This document shows positions 45,901 to 60,160 of a stretch of DNA of 64,000 nt, piece after piece. Origin of the DNA: Eledone cirrhosa (taxonomy: Eukaryota); contig OZ024741.1 in the NCBI GenBank assembly GCA_964016885.1, forward strand, positions 295,120,001-295,184,000. Reading direction: 5' to 3'. Each line of letters begins with the position of its first letter. Position 1 is the stretch's first letter. Under the pieces are notes generated by a model. That model was given only the letters and a program-made list of their open reading frames with translations. It was not told the origin of the DNA and did not search any database. The position numbers and the translations under genes were made by a program.

Positions 45901-46770
45901 TATACCACTATTAGCCGCTAAAGGGTTCTCCCTAAAAATGAAAGGCAGGTTGTACGATGCCTGCATACGAACAGCAATGTTGCATGGCAGTGAGACCTGG
46001 GCATTGTGTGCAGAGGATATACGCAGACTAGAGAGAAACGAAGCTTGCATGCTCCACTGGATGTGTAATAGTAATATACGTGAACGGCAAAGCATAAACG
46101 AACTAAGGAAAAAATTAGAAATAAGAGGGATCAGATGTTGTTTACTCGAGAGAAGGCTACGTTGGTATGGTCACGTGATGCGCATGAAGGACGATAGCTG
46201 TATAACAAAGTGCAGGGCAATAAAGATAGACGGTAGCCACGGAATAGGCAGACCCAGAAAAACCTGGGACGAGCTGATAAATTCCGACCTCACACACTTA
46301 CACCTCACCAAGACAATGTCACTGGACCGAGATCTTTGGCGGTACTCAGTAATAGAGAATACCAGCCTTACCTAAATACAAAGTAAAACCTACTACAGCC
46401 AGTCGGCATCTCTAACAAAATACACCCCCGTCCCACCACCCCCACCCCATCCACACCGCCCCTTTCAATGTAAAGTTATGTTGGTGCCACAACATCCAGG
46501 CCGAAACAAATGAGATCGTGTAGGTGTCACGTCAAAAAAACACACAGTTCACGCTGTAATGTGGCCGTGTAGGCAACACGGTAAAAAACTCCCAGCCCCA
46601 CACTGTAAATGTGGTTGGTGTTAGGAAGGGCATCCAGCTGTAGAAAACCCGCCAGATAGTCCTATGCGAGCAAGATAATCACTCTTGCCTCAAGTGGGAA
46701 AACCCCCGTCCAAACCCATGCAAGCGTGGAACACGGACGTTAAACGTTGATGATGATGATGATGATGATG
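42920..46770 (+). mobile_element. Near full-length RTE-clade LINE (5' boundary approximate)
   Basis: Single APE + RT ORF, 3' UTR, (GAT)n tail. Confidence 0.93.
43145..46375 (+). pseudogene. RTE APE endonuclease-reverse transcriptase with PHD-like insert; 2 frameshifts and 2 stops
   Basis: VGTMNVGTL, CCIQETRW, ISAYAPQ, AGDLNGHVG, QVDYIL, SQHRL; NYRGIKL, DLEKAFD, QGSVLSP, YADD; C-x2-C...C-x2-C..W...C...C-x2-C. Confidence 0.93.
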
Positions 46771-46844
46771 TGTATATATATATATATATATATGTATATG
46801 TATATATATATATGTATATATATGTATATATATGTGTATATATA

Positions 46845-46885
<41 letters not shown>

Positions 46886-47160
46886 GTATATATGTGTATA
46901 TATATATATAAATATGTATATATATATATAAATATGTATATATATATATAAATATGTATATATATATATAAATATGTATATATATGTATATATATGTATA
47001 TATATGTATATATATATGTATATATATGTATATATATATATGTATATATATGTATATATATATATGTATATATATATATATAAATATGTATATATATATA
47101 TAAATATGTATATATATGTATATATATGTATATATATGTATATATATATGTATATATATG

Positions 47161-47207
<47 letters not shown>

Positions 47208-47222
47208 GTGTATATATATATG

Positions 47223-47270
<48 letters not shown>

Positions 47271-47401
47271 GATATATGTATATATATGTGTATATATATA
47301 TGTGTGTTTATATATATATATATGTATATATATGTTTATATATATATATATGTATATATATGTTTATATATATATTTATGTATATATATGTTTATGTATA
47401 T

Positions 47402-47435
<34 letters not shown>

Positions 47436-47663
47436 ATGTGTATATATATATATATGTATATATATGTGTATATATATATATATATGTATATATATGTGTA
47501 TATATATATATATATGTATATATATGTGTATATATATATATATATGTGTATATATATATATAATATATATATGTGTGTATATATATATATATGTATATAT
47601 GTGTGTATATATATATATATGTATATATATGTGTATATATATATATATATGTATATATACGTG

Positions 47664-47694
<31 letters not shown>

Positions 47695-47707
47695 GTATAT
47701 ATAAGTG

Positions 47708-47745
<38 letters not shown>

Positions 47746-47752
47746 TGTATGT
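46771..47752. repeat. Degenerate (TA)n microsatellite
   Basis: TA/TG runs. Confidence 0.95.
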
Positions 47753-48148
47753 ATAAGCACAATGAAAAATATAAATTATGATTAATTACCTATGTGATAT
47801 TAACTCATGTTACGCTCAGTGGCAAAAGTATACTCCACAAATTTCCCATTAGTATAACATGTAATATTCTCTATTTATAGTTCTGAAAGATTTCATCATA
47901 TGTTGATTGCTGCATAATTTCTGTGTTTGTAAAATGGTCATGTGAATAATTATTTCATCAACTTTCTATTCATTACCAAACAAGCTGTTATCTGTTTGTG
48001 TGATTTTGTTTCATTTTATACAAGTGCATATCATATCAGCTGCATCACCTTCCTTAATCAGGTGTATCCCCTGAGATCCTCAATACAACAGATGGACCCT
48101 TATCTAGTTTCTATTGTATTGATTGGATTACTGATTATATATATATAT

Positions 48149-48445
48149 GGTGCCACAACAAAACGTGGCCAGTCCACACTGTAAAGTGGTCATGAAGGTG
48201 TCACAACAAAAAGCCCTCTGATCACACTGTAAAGTGATCATTATGGTGCCACAATAAAAAGGACCCAGTCCATACTGTAAAGTGGTCGTGTAGGTGTCAC
48301 AACAAAAAGCACCCAGTACACATTATAAATGTGTTTGGCGTTAAGAAGAGAATCCAGCTATAGAAACCAGACTAGAAACAGTTCTGTATGAGCAAGACAG
48401 AGTCACCTGACCCGACGTTCCACAAATGGGACAACTTGTCTAGTA
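48149..48445 (+). mobile_element. SINE/RTE-tail fragment with four 48-bp tandem units
   Basis: GGTG(C/T)CACAA(C/T)AAAA...CCAGT.CACACTGTAAAGTGGTC at 48149, 48197, 48245 and 48293. Confidence 0.75.
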
Positions 48446-48736
48446 ATGGCTCACTGATTATTTTGCTTTTAGTTTTGTTTATGACCATCATGTATATTAT
48501 ATAAAATGTTCCACCATTTGTTGAATGCTGATGTATAGCCTATTTAACAAGAGAAGATTAATTGAACAAATATGTAATACTGTTCTTACACCATTTTTAT
48601 TGGGTTAGTATTACAAAAGGCAGTTCAACTTATTCATAAATAAATTAATATTTAATTTATAGAACCATCAGGTCTATGATATCTAATGAGTAAATGACGA
48701 GGAATCCAATTTCAATCCTTTGATGTTGTAAGATAA

Positions 48737-49275
48737 TAATTGTTTCTACTTTTGGCACAAGGCCAGCAATTATTCAAGTGTATTACTGGTACTTTATTTT
48801 ATCGACCCCGTAAGGATGAAAGGCAACGTTAACCTCGGCGGGATTTGAACTCAGACCATAAAGGGCCGTAACTCTTTGCTTCAATCGACTGCCCTATTGT
48901 TGTAAGATAATAATATAAGACAGCAACTTCAAGCAAGCTGGTGCCACCACAGTTGTTATGTGTGAAATTGAGTAGAAAAGATAAATTTAGTACAAGTTGT
49001 ATTTCCTTGCAATTAAACAAGATTTGCGTGAAGCAAGTGTTTGCAGTTTTTATTACTTACTATATTGGTGGTAGTATTGGTAGAGCATTGGACAACATGC
49101 TTTGCAGCATATAGTTACGACCTTTTCCATTCAGAATTCCAATCCCACCAAGGTTAGCTTTGCCTTTCATCCTTACACAGTCGATGAAATAAAGCACCAG
49201 TAATACACTGGGGTCAATATAATCTACTTCCCCTCCCCCAAAATGTTTGGCCTTGTGCTTAAATTAGGAAACATT
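48737..49275. mobile_element. Two family B SINEs (48737-48895 minus; 49065-49275 plus)
   Basis: GCCTTTCATCCT...GTCGAT.AAATAAAG.ACCAG domain and GGCCTTGTGC..AAA.TAG.AA(A)CA end. Confidence 0.8.
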
Positions 49276-49424
49276 ACTTACTATTATCTAATGTAGAGTT
49301 TTCCAAGGATTTTACATTGATGACACACAAAAAAAACAACTAAATAAATAAAATGTCATAATGCAAAACTAAGGTGATTAATAAACAAATAAATAGGTGC
49401 AGGCATGGCTGTGTGGTTAAGGTG

Positions 49425-49800
49425 TTCTTTTTCACCCACTTATTCCTGGGAGGATCGTGGGAGCAAAGTCCTAAACACCCCTTCCAGTGGGTCCTGCCAG
49501 AAGCAACCATCTTCAATTGATTCAGCTGGGTCCCCTAGTGAGACCAGCCGAGCTCAGGGATGTTATCCAACCATCTTGCTTGGGTATCATGTCAGTTAGT
49601 TTTGCTCGTAAAATTTGTCCATTCATTCTTTCCTGGGGCATTCTAACCACGTCTATAATATTGGAGCTGTGATCTCTACCTGGAGCAACTCTTTGAGCTA
49701 TGCACTCTATCGACTAACATTACTCCAAAGACCCTTTGGGTGAACCCTATTTTGGCTGCTTGTATTTTTTCAGCCATTACCCAAGATAATGGATAATGAC
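49425..49800 (-). mobile_element. Old RTE-type LINE 3' fragment (third family); relatives at 51275-51720 (-), 56880-57262 (+) and 61200-61345 (-)
   Basis: Mutually similar; the 57050 copy translates to IERSHLQYYRHVARI...KPTGRRPRGR...RWLDNI. Confidence 0.7.
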
Positions 49801-52800
49801 CGAAATAATAGCACAAATACTGAATTGAAGATAGCAAGTTTGGCTTTTTCACCTTCCTCCTTTCTTCTTGTTGGATTTTTATAATTACATGGTTTCTAGT
49901 TCACTCTCACTGCATGACAACTTGGGTAAATGCCTTCTACTGTGGACTCTGGTCTACCAATGCTTTGTGAGTGAAATTTGGGGGATGGAATCACCAGAAA
50001 CCCGTTATGTTTCTACACATTTGTGTGCCTGTGTGTGGGGGATATCTGTGTTTGTGTCCCACAACTTTGTGGTTCAACAAGTATATACATTTTTTTTATT
50101 AGGCAGTTTTTATGATAACAGGTAAGTTATCACATTACTGATGACATTTTAATCTATTTTTAGTAATAATTGATGTAAGTATTGCTGTTATTTAAATTTC
50201 ATTCTAAACATTTGTCAGACTTATGTCTCCTTAGAAAATTTTATTTATCTATTCACTGTTTAGTGAAAGGAGGAAAGGCGGGGGCCATGATCCTTTTCAG
50301 GGCCTTCAAGACTGGTAAGAAGAAGTAAAGTAGATATCCTCTATCAAAGAAACCTTGTCTGAATGCTTGCAACAGAGTGGACTCTGTTAAAGGCACCCAA
50401 ATAACAGGTGATGTTGTTAAACCAGGTGATAAATTAAATCTGCCAACCAAATAGACCACAACAGGATGTGAACTCAGAATTCTTGAACAAATACTGCAAC
50501 ACAACTCATCAATACTAAAAAAATTCTGCCAATTTACCACCCTGGTCTGGTACTTTATTTTATTGACCTCAAATAGATAAAAGGTAGATTTGACCTCAGA
50601 AGCAAAGTTAATGTACAAAATTAACTCTTTTTATCATATGATACATTTTTAGAAGTTTATAAGGAAAAACCTAATTCTAAGTTTGAGAAATTATGAGCCA
50701 CAAGAGAAATAGTTGAGATAATTTAATGTTTTTTATTCTGTAAATAATATATTGACAAATAAATAAATAATAAGTTATTATTTAAAGAAAACCAGAGAAA
50801 AAACAACCTTTATTTGATCTAGATAATTAAATATTTAAAAGCTTTTAAAATGAAAAGCACATGAATAATAAAGTGACTATAAAGGCTGTTTGAATCAGTG
50901 GTCTTTTATTTACAACTACATAGAAACTTTCAATTACATTGTCCATAGAGATTTATTGTCCATAGAGATGTTTCCTCCATTAAATAGCAGCAAAGATTGA
51001 ATCTTTTGAAAAACTTTCTTAACCAAATATTCTGGATACAATTATCAATTGGCTCCACAGATCCCGGAGTCTGTTTTTGTTTGCTTGCCATGTTGGTGGG
51101 CATTAAGCAGCTTTTATTGTTGGTGTTGTTGGGGAGTTCTGGACAGTCCTTAATGAGCTGACAGGATTTCAACAACTGCTATAGTAGAATTTCAATGATG
51201 TTTTTTTTTTCTTTTAACCTTTTTGATAAAAAGTGATTTGGAACTGCCCCTGGCTCTACAATACAAAGCTTCTTCTTTTTCACCCACTTATTCCTGAGAA
51301 GGTCATGTGGGGCAATTTCTCAAACACTCCTTCCAGTAGGTCCTATCAGAAGCAACCATTTCCAGCTTGATCCAGCTGTATCCTCAAGTGAGACAAGCCG
51401 AGCTCATGGATGTTATCCAACCATTTTGCTCAGGATCTACCCAGTTCGTTTTGCCCATAAAATATGTCCAGCGATTCTTTCCTGAGACATTCTAACCACA
51501 TGCCCACAGTATCGAAGCTATGATCTCTCAATTTGGAAAAGTAGTGGCTGTACCTGGAACAACTTTCTGATCTCCAAGCTATGCACTCTATCGAGTAACA
51601 TTACTTCAAAGACTCTTTGGAGAAACCCTATTTCAGCTACTTAAGTTCACGATCATATTCTTTCGGTTATTACCCAAGATTCATGACCATAGATAGGTAA
51701 GGGTTGACACAAATACCAAATATAACGATATTTATTTTTAAATGTTTATATTAATCTAAAAACCTTTAATCATGTTTCAAACTCAATGTTTACTGTTATA
51801 TTTTTATGGTAAAGGCTTTTCTTCACATAATTATCTTACATAATACCGAATCTATGAGATTTTGATATTATTTATTTTGAAAACAATTCCTTAACATCAT
51901 TATGAGCAGCCAGTTATGGCCAGTTTAAACAGAAAGAAGTGAGATCATTCTGGCCAGATATGGTTGGTTTAAATGCTAAAGGGTTAATAATGAAAAACTT
52001 ATTTTACTAAATTTATCCAAATTCTTATTATTTTCAAAAGGATTTGAAAACCATAGGCAGTGTCTTTCATTGAAAATATAATAATTAAAGGGTTAATTAC
52101 TAGAAATATTTACACTATTTTCTAGTCTTCTATTTTATGGATTCAAATACTGCTGCAGGTAGTTCATGTTGTTTACGTGATTCAACTCTAATTAGTTATG
52201 AAGTATTTAATGGAGGATTTGTTAAAGAATGCTTTTGTCAACATTTTCAAATGTTTCCACACTTCAGCCTGGTTCATAGTTATCACCAGAGAGGAAAACT
52301 GCTTGTTTTTCTTCATGAAAGGGGTGCTCTTAGCTAGTCTCTACAAGGGACTCTATTGAGAGCAAGATCTATCCTACATCATCATCATCATATAACGTCC
52401 ATTTCCTCTGCTAACAAGGGTTAGATGGGCCTTCATAGACCAAATCAGTACTGAAATGGTACTGCTGACCTCCTAGACAGGCCAAGGAGTCTGCATTCTG
52501 CTTACATACAGTCATATCAAGTGCAGAAGAAAAGTTATTGTGTGTTTTGACACAAACTGAAGTGTCCTCCCAAACCCTTGTTTGACAAGTTTTCTGCGCC
52601 TGGATCTCCTTCCTAAAACCAACCAATTTATACTTTGTACTGGGTGTGTTCATAGATCACCAGCACTAGGGAAGCTGCCATGTCCTTGATGCAACTAAAG
52701 GGTTCTCCCAACCCTTTGTCGGCAAACTTTCTACAGCTGGGTGCTCTTCTTATTGCCAACCACATATGTCCTACATGCATGCAATACTAGCCATTCAACA

Positions 52801-55324
52801 TAGACCTCATATGTCAGAGTAGAAATACATCAGAGTAGAAATACGGTCAAGTGAATCTGAATGGATGAAAAGTAAAAACCAGCCTCAGTGGGATTTAAAC
52901 CCAGCAAAATAAAGGGGTATACTAATCTTATGAAAATAATAATGTTTCCTAACTTTCAAGCAAATAATGGCAGTGCCCCAGCATACCCTCAGCCTGTCGG
53001 CTGGAACACGTAAAAGAGAAATAGAGTATTTTTTTAGAAAGAAACTTTGATTGAATAGACGTCCTGTATATTACTGGTATATAGAAGACAATATGGAAGA
53101 TAAAACCAATCTTATTTTCCATCACGTCTCATAATTTTTTTATTGATCTTAATATTTGAACTATATATTCTTTTAACGTAGCAAGAGTTATCTCCCTTAC
53201 ATCATACATTTTATTTCGTTCGAAATGCCAATAAAATGTCATTTTTTAAGTAGGTGCGAAAAGAAATTTTCTTTCCTAAATCTTTAGTTTACAGAATAAT
53301 ATTTTTCACATAAATCTGAAACTGTTAATACCTATTGTATAAACCTAATTAGAAGAATTGTGTTATTTTATTAGTGTTTTATTCTTTCTTGTTCTGTTCT
53401 AACTATATTTATGTATAGAATGGTTTCCCACAGAGGAACAGAAAGAGACCATAGTTAAATAAAGTAATCAATACATTAAGTATTTAGATAGGAATGTCTT
53501 CTACCGGATATATATATATGGAATGTCTTCTACTGGACTAGTCATATATATGTAGAGAGATAGATAGATTGAGAAAGAGAGAGAGAGAAAGGGAGCGGGA
53601 GATGTTACTTGCTAAGACTAGTAAGTCCACTATTCAACTTGTCTTATATTATATATATTTTAAAGAAAAGAAGTCGTACATGTTACACATGCTGGTAATT
53701 TGTTCTCTCTCCCATCCATGCATCCATTTATTTATTTATGTAATTCTTTACTTTTAAAAAGTAAAGAATTACATAAAGAGAAAAGGAAAAGAAGCATTTG
53801 TGAATATGAATTTGTCTGAAAATCGTTGTTTTAAAGAAAGAACGACGGACATAATAAAATATGCTGCTTAAATAAATAAATAAAAGTAAAAAGAGTAAAA
53901 ATAATTTTTTACAGAAATGATGTTTAAAAACAATAAATTCTTATCATTTACAACAGAGTTGGGGTCTTAAATTGGTGTAAAATTGGACCAAAATATCTGA
54001 TTAAATATGAATTCCCGATTTAATTTATCCCCCCCCCCCCTCATATCCAAATGAAATGAATGTTGTGATGGTCATGCACATAGTTTATAACTTTCCTAAC
54101 TGGTCAACTTTGTCTTTCATCCTTTCAAGGTCGATAAAAAGTACCCAGTCTAGTACTGGAGTCGATTCTGCTTTGATATCTCTTTCTCACTTTTTCTCTC
54201 TTATTTTCTATCCATCTCTGGAAGAAATCTGCAGCCTTAAGACCTGGAGAGGGAAAGGATTTGCCAGGCTTAAACTTCTTCAAAAACCGCTGTATGCCAC
54301 TACAATACCCCTATGACTCCATCAGGATTTACGGAGCCATACCATAACAAATGGAATAGAAAAAGGCATAAAATAATTGTTTCACAGAAACCTTATAGAC
54401 AAGTGGTTCTTAATGTTTCCAGATACCTCTCCAGACCCCTACTCCTCGATAAAGACTTATCTTTTAGTCTTCATTAATATAATGTTTACTGAGTAATAAT
54501 TTGAATTTCTACGACAGATTTCCTAAATCTTCCGTGGAAAAAAATACATAGAATAAATGTTTCTGTTTGTATGGCTGTCAATCTAGATTCAGTTAATTAT
54601 AGAAAACTGAGTAAATTGATCCTAATTCTCACCTCAAATCGTAACCCTAACGTTAATTTTGAATAAATTGATTTGGATTATATTATTGTCTTATTTATAT
54701 TAGTTTAACATAGACAACAAATTGACAGAATTGTTAAAACGTTGGATAGAACATTTTGCGATATTCTATCCAGCTCTCTGTGCTCTGAATTCAAATCCTG
54801 CCGAAGTTAACTTTTCTTTTTATCCTATTAAGGTCGATAAAACAATAAGTGCCAGTCCAGTGCTAGGATCGATTCGCTCACTCCATCTCTCTCCCTCTCT
54901 CCCTCTCTCTCTTTCTCTTTCTCTGAGAGATGAGATCTATGCCCAAGACACGCCATGCCATGCATATGTCACTATGACGCTCCTACAACTCCACCAGGGG
55001 TTGCTGGTCTGCACACATATACATATTAATTTACCATCGCTGCGTGAAGGAGTGTTATGGAGAAGCAGCATCTTTTCGTTAGCAAAGGATTTTCCCACAG
55101 GCCCTCAGCTACAAACCCCCCCCCCCCCCTCTTAGATTGCTATACACCGAGAATAACGATCGACAAAGTGAAATGTTTATACTTAGAGAAGAATTCATAT
55201 TACATAGCTTCTATTTTTAGCAGACTACTTGAAATTTTGAACTTATCCCACATACCACCAATATAACTTTCGGAACAACAGATGAAAACCGTCGTCATAG
55301 CTATGCCCGTGTAGGCTTATTGTG

Positions 55325-55356
<32 letters not shown>

Positions 55357-56109
55357 TGTGTGTGTGGAAATTAACTAAGGGAAGGAACTACGTTTAACTT
55401 ATACATGCAAGGGATATAACTCATTTTTGTTTATGCCTTGAACAGAAATTAATTAATCAGTCTTGATTCTTTCTCTATATCTCTTTCTCACTTCCTCTCC
55501 CTCACTTTTTATCCTCCTCTTGGAGAAATCTGCTGTAGTCGATGGGCTCCGCCAAGCTCAAAAAGCCCAATACGCCGTATTAACATACGGCGTCATCATG
55601 ACCCCTATCAGAACTGACACATCAGACTGGTTTCCTATAATATCATGTTCCATGATATTTTATGTCACTGGCAGTTATTAACCCTTGGCTTTCTTCATAA
55701 GGATTGTTTATTGGGGACGAGAAAATGTGAGTTGTGGTAACATCCATTTTCCCTCTCAAGAGTATTATTCACCAAATAATTAAAATGAAATTATTATACA
55801 TTGGGAATTAAATCTTGTTTGTGGACTCAGCTTACCAAAACATTATTTTCTACTATACCATAGCTGCACACCATGTTGTCTATCCCAGAAAATGTTCAGT
55901 TATACAGGATTTCAATTCTATACACAGAAGAGCTGGCACTATTAATCTGAAATGATAAAATATCAATTGAATAGCTTTGTTACCAAAATCACTTCAAATT
56001 TAATTTATTTTTAGATGAACTATCATTAACCCTTTTGTTACCATGTTTTAATGAAAGACATTTCCAATTTTGGAAATAATTTAAAATGTTGAGGCATTTA
56101 ATAATATAA

Positions 56110-56455
56110 TTATAGGGTAAAGTGTAAAGACCCCTTCAGTCAAGAATGGGATTTTCTCCTAGAAAGTTGTTCTCCGAGGCACAAGTTGGGGCAGAGTTGT
56201 TTGTAGAAGACCAGCAATCACCCATGCATACCAGTCTCCTTTCTCCATACCACTGATACTGTCCAAGGGAAAGGCAAAGACCAATACAGCTTGGCACCAG
56301 TGGCGTTGCTACTCATTTCTACAGCTGAGTAAACTGGAGCAACATGAAATAAAATGTCATCTCAAGAACACAACACACAGACCAGTCCCGAAATTGAACT
56401 CACAACCTCGCAAATGTAAGCCCAACACTCTAACCACTAAGCCATCTGCCTTCAC
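56110..56455 (-). mobile_element. CORE-like SINE with an alternative tail, nested in a piggyBac-like MITE (56030-56602)
   Basis: Same tRNA head + CORE as family A, unrelated 3' part; TTAA-CCCTTT...AAAGGG-TTAA outside. Confidence 0.7.
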
Positions 56456-58769
56456 GGTAGTGTACCTATATATTTATCTAAAAATCATCCAGACTCTAGT
56501 TTAATTGTGTAAAATTTAAATCCCTCCGAATTCCTAGTTATTTTCAAAATGTTTTGAAAATTATAGGCAGTGTCTTTCATTAAAAATATAGTAACTAAAG
56601 GGTTAAGAAAGAAATCTTTGGGTTAATTTCCCATTGTATATTCTAGTCACACTAATTAATTAGAAAGTGATGTTACTGTTTGCATAGAATGAGAACCTGT
56701 TAGCTAACCCTTCTTTTTAAGGTCTACATATGTTTCCCATTTCTTAGATCAGAATCTTCATATCAGACTATAACATTGCAGCACTCAATATGGCTTCAGT
56801 TAGGTGTCATGTCATGTCTAAAAATAATTCTATCGTCAAAACCAAGAAAACTACTGAAATTATTATGGGTCACATAGAATTTGGTATTTGTGTCGACCCT
56901 TACCTATGGTCATGAATCTTGTGTAATGACCAAACAAATATGATCGTGAATACAAGCAGCTGAAATGGGGTTCCTCCGAAGGGTCTTTGGAGTAACATTA
57001 TTCAATAGAGATCAGAGAGTTGCTCCAAGTAGAGCCACTACTTCTCCAAATTGAGAGATCACATCTACAATACTACAGGCATGTGGCTAGAATATCTCTG
57101 GAAAGAATCGCTGGACAGATTTTATGGGCAAAACCAACTGGCAGGAGACCTAGGGGTAGATCCCCAAGCAAGGTGGTTGGATAACATCTATGAGCTCAAC
57201 TGGTCTCACTTGGGATCCAGCCGGATCAATTGGAGAAAATTGTTGCTTTTCTATGTATGAATTAATGGGTCATTCAAACCTGCATAGTACAGATTTAACA
57301 GACCCAAACATATGTTATTTAACAAGGACTCCTACCTTTTCTGGTTCTATGTAAGAAAACAATTATATACACACATATGTACAGTTTATTGTTCTCCCTT
57401 GCAATCCATATTTTTCTACAAACTGATTCAAATGTTTACACAAATTAACATGTATTAATTTTTAGTATTGCTATTGATTTTGTTTCTTCAAACTTTTATT
57501 ATATTCATTTTATACATTGGCTGTAGGACTGTCTTAAATAGTCTTTCTATTTGTGTATGTTTGTGTTTGTTGATTTTTTTATTCATAATGTTCTGTCTAT
57601 AAATCTCTTGTCCTTTTTATCCCCCCTCCCTCACTATGTCTCTCCCTCACTCTCTCTCTGTCTCCCCCCCCCCCATCTATCTCTCCTCCTCCTTTCAATA
57701 TGTTGACCAAATAAACAATATAATTATCAATATATTTTTCATGCTACATAGTATTTTACTACCACTACTACATTAAATATAGTTGAAATGGCTATCACTT
57801 TAATCTAATCTCTAATTTTCATCTAATCTATATTTCAACACTCAACCCAATCATTAAGTCCTTCGTTTTCATATATTTCCTGCTCTGGATTTTTTTAAAT
57901 TTAAATTTATTTCATTTATGATTTATTTATAAGCTAACATAAGTTAAAACTTACCATGCAAATGTTTGTTTTCGAAGGTAAATAACTTTTATTTATTTAT
58001 TCTCTTCTTTCTGTTTTGTTTCATATATTTTCTAAATATTTCTTGTTTGAGGTGTGTTGTGAAAAACAACTATGTTCAACCTATAACATCATGACAACAA
58101 GGGAAATAGAGAACTAGTAGCTTTGTGGTTAAAAACTTGTTCAGCTGGCATATGAGAGATGCTGGATTCCATTCCATGCTAGCATATCTGTCCACTTTAT
58201 TCTAGGTGCTCTTGAGTTCCAAATAATAGGAGTAGGGAATAAGCGGAGTAGGCTGAGGTGAAAAAATTTATGATTTTCCTAGGTTGCTTCCCTTGATTTT
58301 TTTAACACCAGAATTAGTCATTTAGTTTACATATTGGGACCTCAACCCATCCTATTTATTTTATAACATATAGGATTTCTAATAATGTTCTTTTTTATGT
58401 CATATATAATGTTTTTTAATGTCTAAAGAAAATTAATTGTTGCAGAAATGCTACCACTTAAAATAAAATTTAATAAGCAGGGGATGGAAAAAATCTGAAA
58501 AATTAATAAGTGTGTGGGACACACACACACACGCGCGCGCGCGCACGCACACGCACACGCGCACACACACGCACACACATTTATTTACTTTACCAAATTT
58601 ATTAAACTTTTATGTATGTTTATCAATAATTATTATAACCATTTACATTTTGTAACAAGTGTATTTTTATCTATACATATACACATATATGAATTTTAAC
58701 GTATGTTAGTTTTTATTGACATCTTCAAAGCAGGTTTGATGACTGAAAAATAGACTAAAAATGACTAGG

Positions 58770-59030
58770 ATGCTTGACATATGATCATAATGTCATTTGT
58801 TCGATTCCAGGACTGGATTGTGTGTTGTGTTCTTGAGGAAAACAGCAAAACACTTTACTTCACGTTGCTCCACTACACTCAGTTGAGAGTAGGTACCAGC
58901 TGTAGCTGGAGTGTTACACCTGCTATAGTACAGTGTCCTGTCCAGAGAGAGTCTTGTACCTTCAGTCACTTAATGCCAAGAAAACCAGGGATAAGCACTG
59001 GCCTGATAACCTTCAGCTTGGAACAAACTT
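58770..59030 (+). mobile_element. Old CORE-like SINE with a third tail type
   Basis: GTTCGATTCC B box, GTGTTGTGTTCTTGAG...CACTTTACTTCACGTTGCTCCA, tail as at 5965-6085. Confidence 0.6.
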
Positions 59031-59145
59031 TAATAATAAATCTGAATTGAAGCTGTTAATGTTTTTTTTTAAAAAGCTAATAAACATTTAAATTCATAAT
59101 TTGTTCAATGACTTTAGAAATATGATTGTCCGTGTCCGCCCCCTC

Positions 59146-59176
<31 letters not shown>

Positions 59177-59284
59177 GATGTCTTGCTTGAAGGTTTTCTA
59201 AGATCAACTACTGTAATATCAACTACTGTAATATCAACTACTGTAATATGTAATGTGTTGTTGAATGTATTTCTTCTCTAATAA

Positions 59285-59795
59285 TGGTCTTTGAATTAGG
59301 CACAAGGCTAACAATTTTGAGAGAGAACTCATTTAAATTGAACCCAGTGCATTACTGGTACTTTATTTTATCAGCCCTGTAAGGATGAAAGATAAAGTTA
59401 ACCTTGGTGGGATTTGAACTCAGAACTTATAGGATCATAACTAAATGTCACAAACATTTTCTCCGATGCTCTATTGATACTACCAATCCACTGCTCTAAT
59501 AATTATTTCTACTTTAGGCACGAGGCCAGCAATTTGAAGGGGTGGGGAAAGTCGAATAAATCGACCCGTGTTTACTAGCATTTTATTTTGTTGACCCCGT
59601 AAGGATGAAAGGCAAAGTTAACCTTCGCGTTATTTCAACTCAGAACTTGAAGGATCATAACTAAATGTTGCAAAGCATTTTGTCTAATGCTCTACTGATT
59701 CTGCCAATCCATTGCCCTAATAATTGTTTCTACTTTTGGCACAAGGCCGGCAATTACCCTGTGCATTACTGGTACTTTATTTTATCAACCTCATA
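59285..59795 (-). mobile_element. Three head-to-tail family B SINEs
   Basis: GGCAC.AGGC.AGCAATT...GTAAGGATGAAAG..AAAGTTAACC repeated; third copy truncated. Confidence 0.8.
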
Positions 59796-60123
59796 AAACA
59801 GTTCTCTAGGCTCATGCTGGCCATCTCATGAAATCAAAACAGATAGAAAGTAATACAGAAAATGCATTTAACAATTCAGAGATGGGTTTTGTTATTTTTT
59901 TGATAATCTAAATATTTTCCCCCAAAAAATCTATGATTTTCTATTTCACTTAATTACCTTCCCAGAAGCAGCTTAAAAATTATCTGAAATAATCATGGAA
60001 ATAGAGCAAAACAAATAAAAATTATTGTTGTTAAGATGTTAATTGAAATGTGTAAACAATTACATGCCAATCCTAACAGATAGATTTCTGTTGACCTTCA
60101 GTTGTGTTATAGGTTCCATCAAC

Positions 60124-60160
<37 letters not shown>

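Noticed and set aside
48149-48340. CRISPR-like regularly spaced repeats
   Set aside because: Contiguous degenerate 48-bp tandem units without unique spacers, eukaryotic context, no cas genes
50930-52337. Short complex ORFs (50930-51175 minus, 52137-52337 plus)
   Set aside because: No recognisable domain or convincing splice context
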